64,000 nt of DNA from a virus (taxonomy: Duplodnaviria > Caudoviricetes). A program made the position numbers and the translations under genes. The notes beneath the pieces were generated by a model that was given only the letters and a program-made list of their open reading frames with translations, was not told the DNA's origin and made no database searches. Below are positions 31,164-41,527 of the stretch, piece after piece. The stretch lies in IMG/VR virus record IMGVR_UViG_2871003000_000003, positions 101,773 to 165,772 of that record; one strand, written 5' to 3'. Within the stretch, counting starts at the first letter, position 1. Each line of letters begins with the position of its first letter.

Positions 31164-31325
31164 ATGGCAGTCTCAATGGCAGTTGTACCGTTATTAAAAG
31201 GGGAAGCGGCTACTAAAATCGTAGATGATTTTAAAAGCAGCAAATTAAAACCATTTACAGACGATCAACGTAAGAAGACTAATGCTAAAGTAGCTGAGAT
31301 ACTCAAAGGTAAACGTAATGGATAA
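31164..31325 (+). CDS. Putative antitoxin of the GNAT toxin
   Basis: SD GAGGAGG; 53 aa; overlaps the GNAT start. Confidence 0.6.
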   Translation: MAVSMAVVPLLKGEAATKIVDDFKSSKLKPFTDDQRKKTNAKVAEILKGKRNG

Positions 31326-31875
31326 CACAGAAAACTTTCAATATAAAGAAGAGTTACTAAGCAAAGAGTCATTAAAACATTTTATGTTAGTAGGTGATTT
31401 TTGCTGTGGCGCAGACAATCCATTAAATACTTTCTTATCAGATGATGCATTTGATTATGCAGAAGAAAAGCAAGGACACACATACATTTTAATGGACAAC
31501 GAATACACTTGTATACTAGCATTTTACACAATTAAGGCTAATGCAATTCATACATTTAATACAGATACAAACGAATATATGGCGTTGCCTGTTGTGGAAA
31601 TAGCAAGAATTGCTGTAGATTTTGACTTCCAAGGGAATGGTTTAGGAAAAATATTATTTTATGATTATATAATACCTAAAATAAAAAAAGTAAGTAAGAT
31701 TATTGCAATATATGGTATCATTGTATTTGTAGAATCGGAAAATGGTCAAGGAATACAATTTTATAATTCACTAGGATTTAAAAGAGCCAATAATGAAATA
31801 CAAAAAGCAGTTGGTGATTCTTATAACGAAAAATGTGAATTGTATGTGCTGAAATTAGATGATATAAAAGAGTAG
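31318..31875 (+). CDS. GNAT acetyltransferase, AtaT/TacT-like toxin
   Basis: FCCG..LNTFL, LAFYTI, PVVEIARIAVD..FQGNGLG, FYNSLGF. Confidence 0.8.
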   Translation: MDNTENFQYKEELLSKESLKHFMLVGDFCCGADNPLNTFLSDDAFDYAEEKQGHTYILMDNEYTCILAFYTIKANAIHTFNTDTNEYMALPVVEIARIAVDFDFQGNGLGKILFYDYIIPKIKKVSKIIAIYGIIVFVESENGQGIQFYNSLGFKRANNEIQKAVGDSYNEKCELYVLKLDDIKE

Positions 31876-32000
31876 GGAGTAATCCTACTCTTTTATTATA
31901 TTGGCTGATGTTTTTATTTTATAGAAACATATGTTCAGACTACTCTTCTATTCATTATTGGTATATAATGGAAATACTAAAGATGAATAGGAGTAATATA

Positions 32001-32810
32001 ATGCCGAAATTTAAAGCCAGTTCTGTTATTTCGATGCTGAAACGGTTTACAGATGAAGAAAAAAATAAAAAAACTCAGTCTTGTCCGGAATTGAAGAATG
32101 AGATTAAAAATGTATTAGACGATACAAAGATCATTCTATATAAACAATCCAGAGAGGACGCGATTAAATATATTTTATGGCAAGGATTATTGAATAGATA
32201 TGGGATTTTTGGGAGCAACAGAAGACAACACCGCTTATTTGGTCAAGATAAAACAGATTATTATGCTCAAGAGTACCAACATGGAGATATTGTAAGTATA
32301 GACTTCGGAACATCGAATATTGGAAGCGAATTTTCGTTTACTCATACCGCACTTGTTTTGCATGAATTTACTGATTTTTTAATTGTTATACCTATTACTA
32401 CTGCTAAAGATGGTAGATTAGAGAATAAGCCATTGGATGAACAGGAATCAACATTTGTAATACATAAAAGTGATTTTTCGTTTATAGAAGCTGATTCATA
32501 TGTATTAATATACCAGATAAAATCTATTTCAAAAAATAGAATCACGAAAAGAATTGGGAATATAACAGGGTCAAAGTTTTTGTGTGACGTTGATAGCGAA
32601 GTGTTTAACATACTATTAGATCCGCTTTCAAAAAAAATATCAGAAGAAATAACAAACCTAAATATAAAGATATCAGATTATAAAAATATGATTGAAGAAA
32701 AAGATGAAAAAATAAGAGAATTAAATTGCTTGGTGGAAAATTTAAAACAAAATATTAAAAATAATGATAAAAATGTGTTGACAAATCTGGATTTCCATGA
32801 TACCATATAG
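32001..32810 (+). CDS. PemK/MazF-like endoribonuclease with a C-terminal coiled coil
   Basis: GDIVSIDFG..IGSEF...HTALVL, VIPITT, QIKSISKNRI. SD AGGAG before ATG 32001. Confidence 0.75.
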   Translation: MPKFKASSVISMLKRFTDEEKNKKTQSCPELKNEIKNVLDDTKIILYKQSREDAIKYILWQGLLNRYGIFGSNRRQHRLFGQDKTDYYAQEYQHGDIVSIDFGTSNIGSEFSFTHTALVLHEFTDFLIVIPITTAKDGRLENKPLDEQESTFVIHKSDFSFIEADSYVLIYQIKSISKNRITKRIGNITGSKFLCDVDSEVFNILLDPLSKKISEEITNLNIKISDYKNMIEEKDEKIRELNCLVENLKQNIKNNDKNVLTNLDFHDTI

Positions 32811-32895
32811 GCATAAAAGATAGATATTTTTAGCAATGGCTATTAAATATAACTACATGGAGAGGTCTTTACGAATAAACGTAAAGACCTTCTTA
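32778..32895 (+). ncRNA. Promoter plus small RNA downstream of the MazF-like gene
   Basis: TTGACA-17 nt-(TG)TACCAT at 32778-32806; hairpin GAGGTCTTTACG/CGTAAAGACCTT. Confidence 0.45.
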
Positions 32896-33041
32896 CTATT
32901 TAAAAATATATTTACGTTTTAATTAAAAAAGACTGGGTTATCATACCTAGTCTTTTCTCATGTATATTTTTAAATTCCAACTACTCTCCTCCCCACTAAA
33001 AATAGCTCTTACAGTTATTACGCTTCCACTGTTTACCGATA

Positions 33042-33479
33042 TTATTTTGGTATATTATTGATAATTGCACTAATGTATTCCGGATCATTTATTATTGCAT
33101 TAAAAATTGTACTGGCGAGTGACATAATTCCATGAATAGACGCAACCCCCATTTTCTTCGCAGATTTTTTCGTTGCATTCCATATTGTCTCTGGTCTAAC
33201 CGTATTTATAAAATTATGACCGCTCCATGAAATGTCATCAACATGACCTGATAATTTTCTGTCTTTCCCATTATAATTTTTATATCCAGTAATATAGCCA
33301 GCGCTCATTAATTGTGTCAGTGTATATGCAACATCTTCTTCGGAATATTTATTGTCTTGTGATAGTTCATTTATTATCGTTTTAAAAGAAATACCTTTTA
33401 TAGAAAAATATTCACACATCACAAGATTATCCTCTAAATATATTAATGTGTCTCTTACACATTCAGGATTTAGTTTCAT
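33042..33479 (-). CDS. DUF2513-family protein
   Basis: MKLNPECVRDTLIYLE...ISWSGHNFINTVR..IWNATK. Confidence 0.8.
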   Translation of the reverse strand: MKLNPECVRDTLIYLEDNLVMCEYFSIKGISFKTIINELSQDNKYSEEDVAYTLTQLMSAGYITGYKNYNGKDRKLSGHVDDISWSGHNFINTVRPETIWNATKKSAKKMGVASIHGIMSLASTIFNAIINDPEYISAIINNIPK

Positions 33480-33509
33480 AAGTTATACCTCCAAGAAAGG
33501 AATGATTAA

Positions 33510-33731
33510 ATGAAAGATATTACTATTCATTATAAAACAGATGATGAAATGACAAATAAAGATAATCCTCTTTATGATCTACGCAGCCGAATAGCGGTTC
33601 TAGTCGATGGAAAACCAATTGAAAGATTAAAAAGGTTCTCAATTGATTTTGATGTTAACGACATAGAACCAACTTATTGTGTGGAGCAATATATGGATTT
33701 TCCCAATAACGATCAAGACTATACGATATAA
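33510..33731 (+). CDS. Small hypothetical protein
   Basis: SD GAAAGGA, 73 aa. Confidence 0.6.
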   Translation: MKDITIHYKTDDEMTNKDNPLYDLRSRIAVLVDGKPIERLKRFSIDFDVNDIEPTYCVEQYMDFPNNDQDYTI

Positions 33732-33747
33732 GTCTATCACTCTCCTC

Positions 33748-34197
33748 TCACGGTTTCCATGTATGACCACAGTTAGAACATCTATTGACTGTTTTATTAC
33801 TTCCTAAGAATCCAGTCAGGATTGAGTAGCCTTTTTGCCCGGCGGTAATTGATGTCGATCCACATTTCGGACAACGTGGCTTGGATTCCTCTGCTTTCTT
33901 GCGCTCTGCTTCTGCTTCTTGAGCTTCTACTTGCGACCGGAATTGTGACATTTTTAATTCGTACTCTATGATATCGTCATCGTGTAATTTTATCATCGCA
34001 TCATAGAAATCTGTGGAATCTGAGATTTTTGACAGAATAATAAAATCATCATCCGGCATTGATGTCATGATTATTGGATGACCATATGGGCATTCTGTAG
34101 CAGTGTCTTCATAGAAATACACATAACCATTTCTATAAATTCCATCTTGTATTTTTTCTTTTTTGCATGTTGGACATATTTTTAAATGATTAACCAT
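33748..34197 (-). CDS. Zn-ribbon accessory protein
   Basis: CPTC..CPYGH and PRCPKCGS...CSNCGHTW. SD AGGGGG before ATG 34197. Confidence 0.75.
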   Translation of the reverse strand: MVNHLKICPTCKKEKIQDGIYRNGYVYFYEDTATECPYGHPIIMTSMPDDDFIILSKISDSTDFYDAMIKLHDDDIIEYELKMSQFRSQVEAQEAEAERKKAEESKPRCPKCGSTSITAGQKGYSILTGFLGSNKTVNRCSNCGHTWKP

Positions 34198-34261
34198 ATT
34201 TATCCCCCTATATATTTTTAATTGCAAGTTATTTATATATAGTTTATCAGAACAATAGACG

Positions 34262-37200
34262 ATTGTAAACTACGACTCTGATGCGGATAAATTCACATCT
34301 ATTTTTGACAATTTTAAAAAGAAAACAAAACCTAAATTTAATCAAGATACATTGGATTTTGCAAAAGAATTCAATAAGCTGGGTAAGAATTCAAATATTG
34401 ATAATATAGTTTCTCAATTTAAAGAGGTGGATTCTAGTGTTGTTGATATGGCAAAGTCTGTAAAAGATGGTTCTATGTCAATGGATGAGTTCATTGAAAA
34501 ATCTACAAAAGCTACAACTACCTCTTCTAAATTCAGTAGAATGGCAAAAACTGCTGGTACCGCACTGAAGTCAATTGGTGCTACTGCTCTGAATATGTTT
34601 GGTGGTTTTCTTATTGCTGAGGGGCTTAGTCTTGCAATAAAAGGAATTTATAATCTTATAAACGCAGACAAGATTGCAATTGAAAATGGGGAAAAGGCTC
34701 AACAGGAAATTAAGGAAGTATTTGATACTTACAACGGAAAAGTCGATACGATTAAAACGCTAGGAAAGAAATTTGCCCAAGATGCAGATTCAATCAAGAC
34801 CACAGGTGATGCCGTAGAATCACTAACTAAAAAATATGCAGAACTTAGAAAAGGTGTCAGTTCAGATAATACAAATCTTACTCTTTCTGAAAAGGAATAC
34901 CAGGACTATCTTGACATAAGCAATCAATTAGCTGAATCATTCCCATCACTTGTATCTGGTAGTGATGCAGCCGGAAATTCTATTTTAAATTTAGGTGACA
35001 ATGCGTCTGTTGCCGCTGACAAAATGGAAAAACTGCAAAAAACACAAATGACGTTGGCTCATAATGATATTGTTGATAAATCAAGAGATACATTTAGGGG
35101 TGCATTTGAAAAAGCAGACAATATTGAAGATGAGATAAAATCATTAAAAGGTCAAGAAAAACAATTAAAAGAATCTGCTTCTCAAATATCTTTAAGCCGA
35201 GATGAAATCAGAGAACAGCTTAAAAGTGGACATCTTATCTTCAAGGATATGTCTAAAACCGACGCAGACAAGATGGAAAAGGCACTTGGAGCATATGTCG
35301 GGAAAGAATTGGGTCGTGTCAGACGGTCTGACGTATCTTTGGATGGTCACACTATTGACAGAATCGAATTTACAATTGATCCTGTAGTAGATGAGAACAA
35401 ACTTAATGAAGCAACTGATATGATTGAGGCTAGAGTTTTAGCTGGAGAAGATGAGATTGCAGCTAAAAAAGGTGAAATACAATCCAATATTAAAGCACAA
35501 GAACAAAAGCAAAAAGAAGTCTGGAATAGTTTTGCTGAAAGCACAGTAAAACCTTATCTTGAAACATCTGCTGCTATTTCTGATATGCCTGTTGAATTAC
35601 TTAATGCAGTAGAAAGTAATTTACAGAATTTAGATTGGAAAAAACTTTATAAAGAATACGGCGGAGATGCCGATCAGATGCTTTTGGATGAATTAGTTTC
35701 GCCGCTAAACAGTCTAGAAAAACCGGCACAAGAAGCTTTGACAAAGGCTCTTAGTTTAGACCCATCAACAATGTCTATTGCTGAATATAATAAAGCTATT
35801 GACTCTGCTTTGAAGGAAGTTTCTGATAACAAAGCAACCAGAAAAGAATGGAAAAATAGATTCTTTAAATCTGCTATCGATTCTGCAACTGAAGATGCTA
35901 ATGCATTAAAAGAGCAGTTTAAGGATGTAGAAAAAGAAATTGATAATTTAAGTGGAGAAGACCGAGAATTAGCATACCAAATTGCTATTGAGGATGAGGA
36001 TTTCGACGGAACATGGCAAGATGTAATGGATAAGATCGAAGTCATGAAAGAAGAATCTGAGAATCCGATGACATTTAATCTTGGTACATTTACATCAGAA
36101 GTTGGAGATGCGATTGCTTTAATTGATACATTAAATGCTGCTCTTGCAAATAGTTATTCTGGAAAAGGATTAAGCGTATCTTATGAAGTAGACGAAGAAA
36201 CTGGTGTTGTACAATTAACTGGAGACATCGCAAATCTTCAAGCAGCTTATTCAGATTTAGAAGGATATGATCCATCTACTCTATTCGAAAGAACAGCAAA
36301 TGGTGTACATATTAACAGAGAAGCTCTTAGACAATTACAGGCTCAAGAAGAGGCTTTGAACAAGTCTAAATGGCTCGAAGACGAAAAGAATCTTACAGAT
36401 CAATTAGCAGTGGCTACCAACAAATTAGCAAATGCAAAGAATTCTGGAAGTGAATCTGAGGTTGCGTCCGCACAAGCAACCGTGGATTCATTACAACAAC
36501 AGTTGGAGCAAGTTCAATTGTTGTCAGCTGCATATGACGGAGCCACTTCTGCATATCAGCAATGGTTAAATGCTCAGTCTTCTGGAGAAGAAGGCGATAT
36601 GTTCCGAAATGTATCCGAGACAATGAAATCTCGTGGCGATCAACTATATAAGGAAGGTCGTTATAACACAGAAGAATTTCGTGCTATCGCTGATTACTTC
36701 TCAAACGAAGATTTGTCTACTGCCCCGATGGAAAAACTTGTGGCAGCATATGAAAATGCAGCTAATGCAAGAGAAAGATATTTTACCGGGAATAAACAGG
36801 GTATTGATAATTTCATGGCTGATATGCAAAATGATGCAGAATTAATGTCAAAAGGGATTGTCAAAACACTGGAAGATGGATCTCTTGAATTCCAAGCTGG
36901 ATCTGACAAAATTTTAGCAGAAAAATTCCATTTGAGTGAAGAAGCAATTCAATCTATTTTAAGAGCTGCTACAGAATATGATCAACATATTAAAATCGGT
37001 AAAATCGATGGTTCGGAAGATTTTAACGCTTCTATTGATGAAATGAAATCAAAAGCTGACGAAGCTAAAGGTAAACTTGAAGAATTAAAGAATGCTGGAA
37101 ATCAGAGTTTGGATTTGAATTTTAATTTTGACAGCACTGATTTGGCAGATTTAGATTCTCAGATTGAAAGAGCAAAAACAAATCTTGATCAGTTTAAAAA

Positions 37201-40065
37201 TGCAGATGGTCAGATTGATTTAAATGTCGAAGGCGCTCAAGAAGCTGTTACAATTTTACAAACCCTTATTCAGCAAAAGATTATGGTGAGCCAGCCTGCA
37301 ATTATGACAATTGACACGACTGGACTTGATGAAGCTACTGCTGATACGGTTTCTAAGTTGCAAGAATTCCAAGAACAATTAAACATCGTTAATTCATTAG
37401 AGATGCAACAAGATTTTGGAATTCAAGTAGATACTAACCAACTTGATGCTGCAAAGGCTAAGGCTCAAGAATTATTCTCAGAATTGCAAGGAAAATCAGA
37501 AGATGGTTCACTTGAAATTACACCAGATGTAAAAGTTGATACAGGATCAATGGAGTCATTGGAGCAAAGTTTGTCTTCTATGACGCCTGAAATAAAAGCA
37601 AAAATTGTTCCAGATGGAAATGTATCTGATACTCTGGTTACTGGTGATATTAAGGTTGAAGACCAGACTGCAAAGGTAGATTATGTAAGAGGAGACCAAG
37701 AAGCCCCTGCAGACAGAACTGCTTCTGTTGATTATATTAAAAAGGGTACAACACAAATTGAACCTGCAGACAAGAGTGCTGCTGTAACTTATAGTAAGAT
37801 TGGTGGAGAACAAGCACCTCCATCGGATAAAAACGCAAATGTTAATTATAAAAAAGGGGAACAAGAAGCACCGAGTAAGAAAAATGCAGTTGTCGATTAT
37901 AAACGTGGATCACAAGAATTGCCTGATTCACCTAAAAGTGCAACTGTTAATTATACTCTTGGAAATGTTGCTACTCCACCAGACGCTTATGTAAAAGTAC
38001 ACTATGATACATCCGGAAAACCAAAAGGTAGTAGTCCAGCCAATGGTACTGCTCATTCACAAGGAAGTGCCAACTCTGGTCATGCATTTTCTGGTGGATC
38101 GTGGGGATTAAAACAACCTGAAAAGGGCGCTCTGATAAATGAATTAGGTGCAGAAATTATTGTCAGAAATGGACAGTGGTTTGTAGAAAATAATGGATAT
38201 CCTACTATCACTAATCTCAAAAAGAATGATATCGTGTTCAATCATGAACAATCCAAAGCTTTGTTAGAACGAGGATATGTTACTGGATCTCATGCTAAAT
38301 TAGCATATGAAGGCAATTCTCATGCAAAAGGAACTGCATTTTCTGGGGGGTCTTGGACTTTTGGGAATACAGGTGGTGGAAACATTGGAGGCACCAACAC
38401 TACTTCCAACAATCTCAACTCCGCATCAAATAATCTTGCCAAAGCTGCTTCTGATACTTCCAAAGCAGCATCTGATACATCCGAAGCTGCCGAGAAATTA
38501 TCAGAGGCAGTATCCGGATACACGGACTGGGTTGAGGTGTTATTTAAACGCCTAGAATCACAGTATGATTTATTGATGAGTCAAATGGAGCGTATCGCAC
38601 ATCTCCCAGATAAGCAACAGAAACTGTACGAAGCAATGTCTAAGAACAGTGAACTACTGAATAGGACTCAGCAAGCAATTGGGACTTATCAAAGTCATTT
38701 TGATTCTATTGTACAACAGAGTGGAATAAACCCACTTATCGTCCATCAGATTCAGAACGGGTCTATGGATATTTCAAAATACGACCAGGATACTCAAAAA
38801 ATAATCAGCGAGTTGCAGTCTTATTATGATAAGCTCGTAGATTGTAATAAACAGTACGATGACCTCTTAAATAAACAGAGTGAACTGGCGCAGACAGCAT
38901 TGGATAATATTGAAGATTACATCGATATGATGACTGGAATTGAGTCCTCTGCTGTAGATTATCAGGAAGCATTACGTGAGTTAGCAGCTGCAAAAGGAGA
39001 ATCTGCATATTCCGACAATATGTATGGCTCTCTGCAAGAATCTATTAAAAATCAACAGGATGTTGCAGGTAAATTACAGTCACAGATTAAATCATATCAA
39101 GATGAAATCAATAAACTCATGGCAAATGGGTATATGGCTGAATACTCAACGGAATGGTTTGAAGCACAAGCTGCGTTAAATGGATTCAGACAAGAAGCTG
39201 CTGAAGCTGAGAAAACACTGATTGAATTACAAGATCAGTTAAGAGAACTTGATTTACTAAAACTGCAACAGGTTATTGATGAGTTAGACAGAACTGCAAA
39301 ACGACTGGAAAACAATTCTGACCTTACAGAATCAAAAGGTGAACAGGTATCTGAAAAAGATTTACAGGCACAGCTTGACAATGCAAATGCACAGATTCAG
39401 GCGAATTATAATAAGCGGAATGAACTGCTTAAAGAACAGGCGAAATATGATGTAGGTTCTGATAAATATAATGAAATTGCAAAAGAGATTGAGGGTCTTG
39501 ATGATGCTATCTTTGATGCAATGGAGAATATTGAAGACCTCAAAAATAAAATCTGGGAAGTAAGATGGCAACCGTTCTTTGATGGACAGGAAGCATTAGG
39601 TGATCTGATTGACCAGACAGATGATTTAAGAGGACTTTTAAATAGTGATGCTTTTCTTGATAAGAACGGCGGTTTAACTGTAGATGGTATTGCAAATTTG
39701 TCTTTGATTAGTCAGGGTATGAATGCTGCGAAACAGCAAATCAAGAATTATCAAGAGGCATTGAAGAAGCTTGATGAGGATTTAAAGAACGGGAATATCT
39801 CAACAAGTGAATATAAGGAGCAGCAAAAAGAATTTCTCAATCAGATTTCAAGCTCTGTTGGCGTTGTTGAAGACTACAAAGATTCTATTGTTGATCTCTA
39901 TACAAAGATGCTTGAGCAAGAGAATGAAGTTGCTCAAAAATCGATTGATAAGCAGAAGGAATTGTTGGATATCAAAAAGAAAAATGCTGATTACAATAAG
40001 ACTCTGCGTAAACAGGCTAGAGATGTGAATACATTGAAAGCTCAGATTTCAGCACTCGAAGGCGT
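34262..40065 (+). CDS. Tape measure protein, exon 3
   Basis: Long helical ORF, open from 34259; contains NELGAEII and HAKGT TMP motifs; ends AQISALEGV. Confidence 0.88.
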
Positions 40066-41527
40066 GAAGTTATTTGCGCGACTTCTATTTAATAGCGGGA
40101 AAGTCCCCACAACCCTATCTTGCTACAACGGAACTGGAAACGGTAAACGTGAATGCGGTACGAGTTTATAACTCAACAGTCTTCGGATAGAAACCATAAA
40201 AAACAGATAGGTCAGGGATAACCGGGTGTGCAAGTCACCCAGACGCAACGAACTTCCTAAGTCATATATGATTTATGATATGGAAGACGCTCAACGACTG
40301 GTAAGTCCTATATATTATATATGTAGGCATAGGGTTACAAGCGATTGGTAACTCGAAAAATATAGACTATTTGAATAAGGAATGAAATGAACAATTAAAT
40401 ATGATATATGTTATAATTAAGATACATCTATGATGCACTTATGAATACAAGAACGTATGTTTTGTATATATTTAACAATTGTAAACATATCACTTTGTTT
40501 GTATTTTGTGTAGAATTTTCTCCGTATATGGGATATAATAATAACAAGAAAACAGCAGTGTTTTCTTAAATATATCTGGTGTGATGCAGCGTAATATGAC
40601 TGCTATAAATAATCTTTGAAGTGTACGCCGGGTTAGGAACCGGTTTACATGGAGATTTACAAAGGTGCGAGGATTTACCATAGCCTAACTAGGAACTATG
40701 TTCTGAAAGAAAGTCCTTGAATGAATAGAAGGGTCATCACCAGTGACTCTTCTATTTTTATACCAAGGAGAAGTTATGGATAATATATCATTGGCACTAA
40801 ATAATTTCAAAGAATTGATGAATTGCAATTATGATTTTATAATAGTTTGTAATAAGCAAAAATCAGATATAAAACTTACATTTGAATCAAAAGATTTTTA
40901 TCATTTAGTAGGGTTTCAATACTTAAAAGATATAGACATCCCTAAAAATGAAAAACAGTTATTTAAAAAAATAGAATCTCTTAAGATTACTGATGAGTAT
41001 TTAGGCAAAAGTGTGTTTTATACAAAAGTGGATTACAGCTATGCAAATGTAAAAGAACGAATTTCCGGATTTAAAGATGTTGATAAATTTATAGAAAACA
41101 AAAATATTATATGTAGATATATAAAAACTAATAACCCTTCATCGGCTATAAAAGCGGATTATTTAATAAAAAGTACTTTATATAACAGAACGGCATATAT
41201 GTTTTTGAGAAAAGAAGCAAAGGAGATGAATATTGTATGTGTTCATTTTTTATGCAACCACAAAATGAATATATAGGTCAAAAAACATATTGGTTGTATA
41301 AAGCCAAAAAACGTATATCGGACAATTATGTTAAAATATTGTTAGATAGAATATCGGAATCCACAGAGCAGTAACAGGTAATACTACTGCTCTTTTATTA
41401 TGTCCAAAATCATTTCAAAAAAAATTCCAAATTATTCAAATAGAAGGTATAGTCTCAACTTCTGAGGATAACTCAGAGAAGTTCATAAGAGAACTGCATA
41501 GCGTAGCGAACTATGTGAAGATAATTG
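40066..41527 (+). mobile_element. Group I intron 3, with cargo in the P8 loop
   Basis: P1 GCGT/GCGC with U-G; P10 TTATTT/AAATAA; terminal G41527; P7 GACTG(40296)/TAGTC(41450); P8 CTATTTGAATAA(40367-40378)/TTATTCAAATAG(41432-41443). Splicing gives ALEGV|NNASAQAELKRL. Confidence 0.9.
40776..41374 (+). CDS. PBECR4-like (RelE/barnase-fold) nuclease, with an apparent 1-nt frameshift near 41210
   Basis: F..KDFYHLVGFQYLKDI, ERI, IKADYLI motifs. The shifted frame continues RSKGDEYCMCSFF..Q.TYWL.K to TAA 41374. Confidence 0.65.

Larger units (their letters stand above)
30174..34261 (+). mobile_element. Giant (4088 nt) group I intron 2 carrying a cargo island
   Basis: P1 exon GGGGT/GCCCC(30195-30199) with U-G; P10 TCGTAGTTTATAAT(30181-30194)/exon ATTGTAAACTACGA(34262-34275); terminal G34261; P7 GACTG(30485)/CAGTC(30541); P9 CCTGGG-GAAAG-CCCAGG. 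Splicing is in frame: GWG|IVNYD. Confidence 0.85.

Noticed and set aside
37640-38010. Repeated V(D/N)Y..G.QE.P units as a CRISPR or DNA repeat array
   Set aside because: They are degenerate protein-level repeats inside TMP exon 3. No CRISPR array was seen anywhere in the window.
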